The notes under the pieces: model-generated | What the model saw: the letters and a program-made list of their open reading frames with translations, nothing else | What the model was told of the DNA's origin: nothing | The model's database searches: none | Program-made: the position numbers and the translations under genes | In this document: piece by piece, positions 57,657-64,000 of the stretch | Layout of the letters: each line of letters starts with the position of its first letter | Position numbering within the stretch: the first letter of the stretch is position 1 | Virus record (IMG/VR): IMGVR_UViG_3300025108_000022 | Span: 38,648 to 102,647 of that record | Reading direction: 5' to 3' (one strand) | DNA: 64,000 nucleotides | DNA from: a virus

Positions 57657-58156
57657 CGGTCGGTTTCCTCTTCACAACCCCGACTGTTCGCCACGAAGTG
57701 CAAGAGCAAGTCAAGCATTTCGGGCGGTGAATCGTGATGAAAGCGGTGGTCTTCAACCTCGTCGGCAATCGCAACCATCATCCTATCCACTCGTTCGTGG
57801 GTAAAGACTGGGCCAGCGTTCGCTCGGAAGAATGTTTGAATCCGCTTCATCATTTCCTCAAAGTCCTTCTCCAGATCATCATCTCCCCACAGGGGTGTAG
57901 TGCCGTCGTTAATGAATAATTCAACCGTGCTGTCGCCGTCAACACCCATAGCGTCAGCCAGCGAAGTCGGCTCCTGCTTCTTCACAAAGGAGTAGCACGA
58001 TGCCTTGTGCGGGCACGCTGGGTCGCCACAGCGACACACACGGCCTTGCCGTCGTTCCTCGTCAATCATGGCCTCGGTTTCGTCGTAGTATGCTGGGCAA
58101 ACGCCTCGGTGTGAACCACCGCATTTACCGCACTCATGGCCTCCGTAGCGACCCAT
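57653..58156 (-). CDS. Hypothetical protein with Cys/His-rich N-terminus
   Basis: CGKCGGSH..C and CRCGDPACPHKASC. Confidence 0.5.
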   Translation of the reverse strand: MGRYGGHECGKCGGSHRGVCPAYYDETEAMIDEERRQGRVCRCGDPACPHKASCYSFVKKQEPTSLADAMGVDGDSTVELFINDGTTPLWGDDDLEKDFEEMMKRIQTFFRANAGPVFTHERVDRMMVAIADEVEDHRFHHDSPPEMLDLLLHFVANSRGCEEETDR

Positions 58157-58311
58157 CAAGCATCACCATCACAGTCGCAATTGCACGCCCAGCACTGGCC
58201 GCACGGGCCACCGCATGTGTCAGATCCAGTATTCATTTCACCACAGGATTTGCATTTCCTGTCCTTCGTGGTGTAGTATGGGTCTTCGTCCATAGGAATG
58301 TCAGCGGTCAT
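58156..58311 (-). CDS. 51-aa Cys-rich micro-protein (not in ORF track)
   Basis: MTADIPMDEDPYYTTKDRKCKSCGEMNTGSDTCGGPCGQCWACNCDCDGDA; coupled to both neighbours. Confidence 0.55.
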   Translation of the reverse strand: MTADIPMDEDPYYTTKDRKCKSCGEMNTGSDTCGGPCGQCWACNCDCDGDA

Positions 58312-58577
58312 TCAAACACCACCTGTTCAAGAAAGAACTCTCCCTCGTTCGTGTCAAATTGCGTGATACAATTAGACTCAAGGAACTCTTTGATGGTTTG
58401 AGGGCCACCCCAACCTCGCCCTTCGGCTTGGCATTTTAGGTTGAACTCAACCTGCTTCTTGATTTTACCTCGCAGGTATTTCTCCGCATCGGCGTATCGC
58501 TTGAACAGTGCGACAGGCGGGGCATACTTTTGGGTGTAGCCTGATCCAGCCGTCTTGATAACAACCCAACGCTTCAT
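58308..58577 (-). CDS. Hypothetical protein
   Basis: 89 aa, operon order. Confidence 0.45.
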   Translation of the reverse strand: MKRWVVIKTAGSGYTQKYAPPVALFKRYADAEKYLRGKIKKQVEFNLKCQAEGRGWGGPQTIKEFLESNCITQFDTNEGEFFLEQVVFE

Positions 58578-58769
58578 TCAAAACGCCCTCCCTTTGGATA
58601 GGGTGTCAATGTCGTCAATGGTAATTTCATCGATCAACACACGGAAAATGAACTCCCTGTATGGGCGGCTGGCATTGTAGCACAAACCATGCAACAGGAG
58701 TGTCAATTCGTTGTTCAATTCCTCATCGGTCGCTGTTTCAAGATCTATGTTTTTCGTTTTTTCAGTCAT
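58578..58769 (-). CDS. Hypothetical protein
   Basis: 63 aa from ATG 58769 after GGTGA. Confidence 0.45.
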   Translation of the reverse strand: MTEKTKNIDLETATDEELNNELTLLLHGLCYNASRPYREFIFRVLIDEITIDDIDTLSKGRAF

Positions 58770-59293
58770 ACTATCACCGCCTCCATGTTTCGCCACCAAT
58801 TAGGGGCAGGAGTTCCCTTGTCCCAGCGAGCAAAGCGTTGCTTGTCATGGAAGTAAAAGTCCCTGTATGCTTGAACACGGTCGGGTTGTTTGTATTCATC
58901 GGGCATAGCCAGCGGCACTGGTGTCATTTGACCGCCAGTCAAGTCGGGAATGTGTTCAGCCATTTGTCGCAAATGACGGATGGCGTCAGTGCAACCGTGT
59001 TCCTTGCCGTAGCGGATCTGGTTTTGCTTAAGTAGCGACTCGGCCAGTTCACACAGCCATTCGTAGTTCGCCCGTGTCAAGCCGACCCACAGCGTGCTGG
59101 GGTGGTGCGGGTGAGCCTTGCCCGAATAGGGGGTCTTGCCGTCGGCACGCATAGGCATGAGGTCAGCGGAGCCTGTGTGCTTGAAGAGAGCCGTTGAGAG
59201 CATCTGTGCGGCCTCAACAATCATTTTCATGTGCTTGTCGCAGTGCATGATTCCCGCCAGCCAAGCCAGCCTGTGGAGAAAGAATATGTTCAT
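58766..59293 (-). CDS. Pyrimidine dimer DNA glycosylase/endonuclease V (DenV-like) family protein
   Basis: MNIFFL, HCDKH..KMIVEAAQMLST, HPSTLW, NYEWL, YGKEH, PLAMPDEYK, AYRDFY..DK. Confidence 0.8.
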   Translation of the reverse strand: MNIFFLHRLAWLAGIMHCDKHMKMIVEAAQMLSTALFKHTGSADLMPMRADGKTPYSGKAHPHHPSTLWVGLTRANYEWLCELAESLLKQNQIRYGKEHGCTDAIRHLRQMAEHIPDLTGGQMTPVPLAMPDEYKQPDRVQAYRDFYFHDKQRFARWDKGTPAPNWWRNMEAVIV

Positions 59294-60699
59294 TGTATCA
59301 CCTCGTTTGTTTGTGTTGAATCACCCACAGACACACAGTCAGCGGGGACAACCTTGAGCCGAACTGCTTGGCTAAGAAGGTATTCTTTGGAGCATCGTGG
59401 ATCGAAGCGTGCCCGTGTCTTGCGGTGAAGCGCACAGCGTAAATCCTCCACGCTGATGTCCTCCCATGTGAGGGTTGGCTTGGGTTCCTCCGGCTGGGGG
59501 ATGGTGGCCTTCTCCTTGTCAGCGAACGGCTTCACTGTGTGCATGTTGCGTGATAGGTATTCGTCCATGCGAACCAGCCCCTCCCAGCGAGCGTCGCTGG
59601 TGGGGTTGTCCCAATTGTATGGGTTCCAGTCGGCTTTACAATCCCCAAGAATCACTTCATACCACGCTTCCTCCTTCGTGGTGAGTAGCGAGGTGGAGAG
59701 GGAGTCGTGAGTCAGTATTGAATTGAACACATGCTCGGTGGCTTCACGCCAGCAACCCATGTTCAGATCTGTGAACTTGCTGTTATCATCAAAAGTGTCG
59801 TCGCCGTGAACTTCCCAGCAACGGGTGATAATCGCTTTGATGTATCGCTTGGCGTGCGAGCGTTCCTTCTTCACCAATTCCTGTGGAGTCGGCTCGGCTT
59901 TTGGTGTTGAAGCATGGGGCTGGAAGAATCTGTTAATGCGAAGTGGTTCGTTGTTGTTCAATTTGTTCTCAATGATGCGCTGAACTTTCTTGCTGGGGCC
60001 GTAGCCTTTGTTGCTGGCGTAGCCCATGTTGAACGGGTTGCATTCCTTCTCGGTGAGGCCAAACCACGGTTGCATCAGTTTGAGCATCATGCGGTTGAAC
60101 ATGATGTCGTGTGGGCGTCGCTTGCCGTTCCTGCCGTGGTGTTCTTTGTAGTGTGTCAATTGGAACACATGGATCATCTCATGGAGTAGCACTTTGAGGG
60201 CACGGGCAGTGGCCTCTCCTTCATCACCATTGACTGACATGGTGATACCGTATTTGGGGCCACCCCGTGCGCTCTTGGTTCGTGCGTCTTTGGCGAACTG
60301 GATTCTGATCGAGCCACGCTGGCGAACACGCTTGATGGATTGGCGAGCCTGTGTCTTGTCAGTCTTTCGCCACAAATCACGGGCACATTCGTTGGTGACG
60401 GTGGCGATGTGCTTTTGATTGGTTCGGGTTCTGTATGACGGCCTCTCTCCTTCACGGGTGGCGTATTCAAACGCCTCATGGGCGATTGCTCCTATGTCCG
60501 TGTTCATGCACACATGGCGTGCAAAGTCCATGATGTTGATTCGCTGATCTGGATTTGCTGGGTGCTTCAATCTGTATTTGTCAATGTCATACCACTGGGT
60601 CGTCATTCGCTTGTCCTCATGTGAATTAGGGGTCGGGCGTATATCAACATGCTTGCCGAATATCCTCTCTATCTCTTGAATTAGATTTGGCATGTTCAT
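59290..60699 (-). CDS. SprT-like zinc metallopeptidase domain protein
   Basis: VLLHEMIH...RRPHDIMF (HExxH plus downstream His); start ATG 60699 after AGGAGG. Confidence 0.65.
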   Translation of the reverse strand: MNMPNLIQEIERIFGKHVDIRPTPNSHEDKRMTTQWYDIDKYRLKHPANPDQRINIMDFARHVCMNTDIGAIAHEAFEYATREGERPSYRTRTNQKHIATVTNECARDLWRKTDKTQARQSIKRVRQRGSIRIQFAKDARTKSARGGPKYGITMSVNGDEGEATARALKVLLHEMIHVFQLTHYKEHHGRNGKRRPHDIMFNRMMLKLMQPWFGLTEKECNPFNMGYASNKGYGPSKKVQRIIENKLNNNEPLRINRFFQPHASTPKAEPTPQELVKKERSHAKRYIKAIITRCWEVHGDDTFDDNSKFTDLNMGCWREATEHVFNSILTHDSLSTSLLTTKEEAWYEVILGDCKADWNPYNWDNPTSDARWEGLVRMDEYLSRNMHTVKPFADKEKATIPQPEEPKPTLTWEDISVEDLRCALHRKTRARFDPRCSKEYLLSQAVRLKVVPADCVSVGDSTQTNEVIQ

Positions 60700-60971
60700 G
60701 CCTCCTTTTGCTGGATGAGTCCTTCGGCACGAATCACCTGTGTGATTTCCTGTGGCCGTTGTCCTGTGAATGTGAATGTTCCTGTTTCGTGATGAATAAC
60801 CCACGAAGAACGGGGGTGAAAAACGCCGTCGTAGCGACGCTGTGGTGGACGATAATGGATCAGTGATGGTGGAGAGCCTGTGGCTTGCTTGATGGCTTGC
60901 CACAGCATACGCACCTTGCGCTGTCCCTGCTTGGGCGATTCCTCGTAGCGTGCTTCAATGAACCCTGTCAT
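60696..60971 (-). CDS. Hypothetical protein
   Basis: 91 aa after GGAGG. Confidence 0.45.
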   Translation of the reverse strand: MTGFIEARYEESPKQGQRKVRMLWQAIKQATGSPPSLIHYRPPQRRYDGVFHPRSSWVIHHETGTFTFTGQRPQEITQVIRAEGLIQQKEA

Positions 60972-61261
60972 GCTTCGTCCTCCGCTGTGTTGATGAGGAC
61001 AGTGAACTCCACGCCGTTTTCCCGTAATAGTCGCATCACGGTTTGTGGTGTAGCACCAGCCAAAGACCAGTCCAAGAACCATGTCTTAGCAGATGGCTGG
61101 CCTTGCTTGATAGCAAAACCAGTGTCAAAGGATATGCCGTTCTCTTGAAGGTGTTCATGCACCTTAGCCATGCGAGGCGTGTGCAATTCCTCTTGCTGGA
61201 TTCGCACTTCAAAGGAGAGCAGATCTGCGGTGCTTCCCACAGGTTGCGGTGAATCACTCAT
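60968..61261 (-). CDS. Hypothetical protein
   Basis: 97 aa, coupled. Confidence 0.45.
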   Translation of the reverse strand: MSDSPQPVGSTADLLSFEVRIQQEELHTPRMAKVHEHLQENGISFDTGFAIKQGQPSAKTWFLDWSLAGATPQTVMRLLRENGVEFTVLINTAEDEA

Positions 61262-61446
61262 TGAACTCCCTCCCCGTCCACATCGTCCATCGTGGCTGGT
61301 CGGATGTCAAGACCCCACGGGGACTCACAGCCCCCACAGAAGAGAACAGGCGTGTTGCCCGATGGTTGATAGATTTTCAGTCGTTCGCCACAGCCTTTAC
61401 AGCATGGGTATTCGTTGAATCCGTGAATCGTCCACTGTTTGCTCAT
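61258..61446 (-). CDS. Zn-finger micro-protein
   Basis: CCKGC...FCGGC. Confidence 0.5.
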   Translation of the reverse strand: MSKQWTIHGFNEYPCCKGCGERLKIYQPSGNTPVLFCGGCESPWGLDIRPATMDDVDGEGVQ

Positions 61447-61985
61447 GCGCTCACCTCGTTCGGTGTGCAACCGTAGCGGATCTGGTCAATCAATATGTCA
61501 ATGCGCTTGTCCTCGTCCTCTCGTTCGTGGTCGTAAATGCACCACACAGCATAGACTGTGCTTGAACCGAGGTCAGCGTCGTCTATGATGTATTGAGAGG
61601 GCTTCTCGTCATACTGGGAGAGTCCTGTCATGTATGCGAATCGGTCAGCACTGTCAAGTGGGACAACAATGCGTGATGAACCCACAGCGAATGGTGGAGA
61701 GGCATTCGTGTATTCCTCTCTCCAATTTTTCCTTTCCTGTTCAGTCAGTCGTTCAACGCAAATCGTGGAGCCATGAATGTCCTTCATCATCACTTCACGA
61801 TTGTTGGCCTTTTGGTGCATGTCCTTGAGCATGTTTTCCCAGCCAGCAATCGTGTTGTTGATCTGCTGGTATTGGTCTTCGGTCAGTTCTCCTGTCGCCT
61901 TCATGGCGTGTGCTGAACAGCACGCCGCCTCAAGGTCGGATAGCGTTTGACTCATCTCGTCAGTCATTCGTGTTGAATCGCTCAT
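61443..61985 (-). CDS. Hypothetical protein
   Basis: 180 aa bounded by the 17-nt repeats. Confidence 0.55.
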   Translation of the reverse strand: MSDSTRMTDEMSQTLSDLEAACCSAHAMKATGELTEDQYQQINNTIAGWENMLKDMHQKANNREVMMKDIHGSTICVERLTEQERKNWREEYTNASPPFAVGSSRIVVPLDSADRFAYMTGLSQYDEKPSQYIIDDADLGSSTVYAVWCIYDHEREDEDKRIDILIDQIRYGCTPNEVSA

Positions 61986-62089
61986 GCGCTCACCTCCACC
62001 ACTTCAAAGAATCCTTTCCATTCCTCAAGCAAGATCTTGAGTTCTGTTTCGTTTAGGTTTTCATGCCAATTGATTTCGTATTTTTTCAT
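61982..62089 (-). CDS. 35-aa hypothetical micro-protein
   Basis: MKKYEINW...EVSA; GGAGG SD; ATGA overlaps. Confidence 0.45.
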   Translation of the reverse strand: MKKYEINWHENLNETELKILLEEWKGFFEVVEVSA

Positions 62090-62199
62090 GCTGATTCCTC
62101 CTTGTTGTAGCAATCCGATGAACAGTATGTTGCACCAGTATGCGGAGTCAGTGGTTTGTAGCAAACAACACAGTTCCCAAGTTCGGGTTTGAATGTCAT
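62086..62199 (-). CDS. 37-aa Zn-finger micro-protein (not in ORF track)
   Basis: MTFKPELGNCVVCYKPLTPHTGATYCSSDCYNKEESA. Confidence 0.55.
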   Translation of the reverse strand: MTFKPELGNCVVCYKPLTPHTGATYCSSDCYNKEESA

Positions 62200-62411
62200 G
62201 CTGATTCCTCCAAGCGGTTTTGCCAGTGCTTGACACCAGCGTCGTCCACATTGTATGAACTCATTCCTGCAAGGCAGATCGTGAGTTCATTCTTTGTATG
62301 CTGGGCGATACCACAGCCACAGAAGCGGCAAATGTCGCCTTCGGTCGGTTCCTTGAACTTCACCACATCAAGTGGGAGCAGTGCGTATTTTTTTCTATAA
62401 GAGTCGGTCAT
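62196..62411 (-). CDS. Small Cys/His protein
   Basis: 71 aa; CRFCGC...H...C; ends EESA. Confidence 0.45.
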   Translation of the reverse strand: MTDSYRKKYALLPLDVVKFKEPTEGDICRFCGCGIAQHTKNELTICLAGMSSYNVDDAGVKHWQNRLEESA

Positions 62412-62451
62412 TTTGATTCCCCGTTGTTCAGTCCACACAGTCCGGCCTATA

Positions 62452-62832
62452 TCAAGCCTCGCAATACCCATGCTTGAGCAATTTGGCGTGCCGATAATGG
62501 TTGTCCATGTCCTTTGCTGTCCACATTTGACACGGTGTAATGACGACCTCTTGTGGGTGTGGATCGTTGGAGTCCTTGAGCGTGCATTGATAGCCAGCCA
62601 TGACAACCTTCTTGACTCGTTGTGCCGTCGCTGGCGAGTCTGCTGGGAACTCCCAACCATTGTGGTTAAAGTCCCCATTGTCTGTGTCAAAGCGCAGGGC
62701 ACCATGATAGCCCAAGTCCTCGTCGTCGCCAGCAAAGCGTCCACGGAGGACGAACAAATACTTGCGTGCCGCATCCCATGTGCTGAAACACTGGATGCCG
62801 TAGCCGTCGCTGATGGTGAAGATCTGCCTCAT
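62452..62832 (-). CDS. Hypothetical protein
   Basis: 126 aa from ATG 62832. Confidence 0.45.
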   Translation of the reverse strand: MRQIFTISDGYGIQCFSTWDAARKYLFVLRGRFAGDDEDLGYHGALRFDTDNGDFNHNGWEFPADSPATAQRVKKVVMAGYQCTLKDSNDPHPQEVVITPCQMWTAKDMDNHYRHAKLLKHGYCEA

Positions 62833-63137
62833 GCTGATTCCTCCATTTGGCGTTCCTCTTCGGCAATCCATTCATCAGCAACCTCTCGGTGCTTTGCGGT
62901 CAATTGCCAAGCACCACCGGGCATAGTGATTGTTTCACCGGGGAGTTCAATGACATGATCGACCCTCTCCAAGTAGCCAGCATGACCCAGCCACCAGTTC
63001 AAATCCTTCATGGTTGAGCCGTGATTGACGCACTGTTGCCAGTGCCCCAGCACAGCGGCCTCAAAGGCACGCAAGCGTGCGACTTCGTTGATTGAAGGCA
63101 CATCACCAGTGTTCAGATCTGCGTTGTCGCTCATCAA
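62829..63137 (-). CDS. Hypothetical protein
   Basis: 102 aa; ends EESA. Confidence 0.45.
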   Translation of the reverse strand: MMSDNADLNTGDVPSINEVARLRAFEAAVLGHWQQCVNHGSTMKDLNWWLGHAGYLERVDHVIELPGETITMPGGAWQLTAKHREVADEWIAEEERQMEESA

Positions 63138-63460
63138 ACCTCGCCTCCTTCAAAGCCAGCCGTGAGGCCAGCAGTTCGTGGCAAACGGTGGGTTTCCTGC
63201 GCTTCGGAGTCAGCCAGTCGGCGAGCCATGCGCTCGTCCATCGCTCGCTGGGATTCGTAGCCCAGTGCTTCGGCACGGGCTTCACAGCGAGGACAGTATC
63301 GTGTTGGGTGCGACCATATTCCTGCCTGTGTGCGAATGGATTCACGCTGGGCGTCAAGCATCTCGCTGATGTATGCGTCAGCGTCAACGGCGAACACATG
63401 ACGATCACATGCGGAAGCACCACATTGGATGTGGATCGAACCGACGATGCTCAAGCCCAT
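63134..63460 (-). CDS. Hypothetical Zn-binding protein
   Basis: CGASAC...YCPRC. Confidence 0.45.
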   Translation of the reverse strand: MGLSIVGSIHIQCGASACDRHVFAVDADAYISEMLDAQRESIRTQAGIWSHPTRYCPRCEARAEALGYESQRAMDERMARRLADSEAQETHRLPRTAGLTAGFEGGEV

Positions 63461-63873
63461 TCCTCCTTGAAGGACGCACTGCCGAAGGCACCACTGGCCT
63501 CAACATCGTCATTAACGACATCAAGTTCAATGGTGAAGTCCTCGGCGACAATGGTGGTGTTGTCGTCGGTGGTTGGTGGTGAAACGCTGGGTTCCTGTGC
63601 CGCCAGTTCCTCCGCTGATGGTTCACCGACACCGACCTCAAGTCGGCGTAGATCGTGCTTGATTTGGGTTGCTTTGATTGCTTGAACATCCCACTTGGCG
63701 ACCTCTCGCATTTCAGTGAGAAGGGCGTTGTAGTCCTCTTCACGGCACGGCTTTGTGTCCTTGATGAACTGGGTGTAGTCAGCGGCGAAACGCTCGCCAC
63801 CAGCGGCCACACAGGCCACCATTCCGCCAGCCTTCATGCCGGGTGGGAGTGGTGTGTATGGCAAGATGCCCAC
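63451..63873 (-). CDS. Hypothetical acidic protein
   Basis: 140 aa, operon order. Confidence 0.45.
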   Translation of the reverse strand: MGILPYTPLPPGMKAGGMVACVAAGGERFAADYTQFIKDTKPCREEDYNALLTEMREVAKWDVQAIKATQIKHDLRRLEVGVGEPSAEELAAQEPSVSPPTTDDNTTIVAEDFTIELDVVNDDVEASGAFGSASFKEEWA

Positions 63874-64000
63874 GATTCGTGCTGGCTTGCTGGCGAAGTT
63901 CTCGGCGTGTCGCTTCTTGATGAGTTCACCAAGTGTGCCGGTGAGTGCTGACCCAGCGTCATTGAGGACAGCAGGGACTCGGCGAAAGCAGATCTGGACT

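Larger units (their letters stand above)
61441..62844. repeat. Gene-junction direct repeats: 17-mer x2 and 16-mer x3
   Basis: GCTCATGCGCTCACCTC at 61441-61457 and 61980-61996; TCATGCTGATTCCTCC at 62086-62101, 62196-62211 and 62829-62844. Confidence 0.9.

Noticed and set aside
61441-62844. Junction repeats as a mini-CRISPR array
   Set aside because: Spacing is irregular (110-633 nt) and the intervening sequences are coupled ORFs.
1-64000. tRNA, rRNA, integrase, transposase, intein, reverse transcriptase/DGR, terminase, portal
   Set aside because: None recognisable in this window; terminase and portal probably lie upstream of position 1.

Overview
A 64-kb segment of a tailed archaeal virus (Caudoviricetes, HK97-type head, no tail sheath gene seen, so probably siphovirus-like). 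Gene content best fits a Marine Group II/Poseidoniales virus (magrovirus-like); this is inferred from the archaeal-type replisome and GGTGA/GGAGG SD sites plus TATA promoters, not from a database search. Plus strand 1-36089 is the virion module: ligase-like head protein, prohead protease/scaffold, major capsid protein, head-tail proteins, tail tube, tail chaperone with a -1 frameshift, tape measure, three very large tail-tip proteins (two with LamG domains), and a Dam-family methyltransferase. Minus strand 36090-53140 is the replication module: MCM-like helicase, XPF, PriS-PriL fusion, beta-class MTase, Cas4-like nuclease, PAPS-reductase-like protein, PolB, PCNA, RecA/Sak4-like ATPase, RPA-like protein, RFC and a degenerate ligase. 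Minus strand 53137-64000 holds small putative early genes (TFB-like, PC4-like, DenV-like, SprT-like, many Zn fingers). Main observations: (1) accessory genes, including two DNA-modification genes, are bounded by short direct repeats built from SD/start/stop junctions, so they can be removed cleanly like cassettes; (2) strong avoidance of restriction-like palindromes, with several surviving only where they overlap GATC, implying GATC modification in vivo; (3) a shared N-terminal motif ending in Lys on the Dam MTase and a protamine-like protein, suggesting capsid-targeted cargo; (4) non-canonical PolB motifs and two degenerate ligases. Motif counts come from reading by eye and need computational confirmation.
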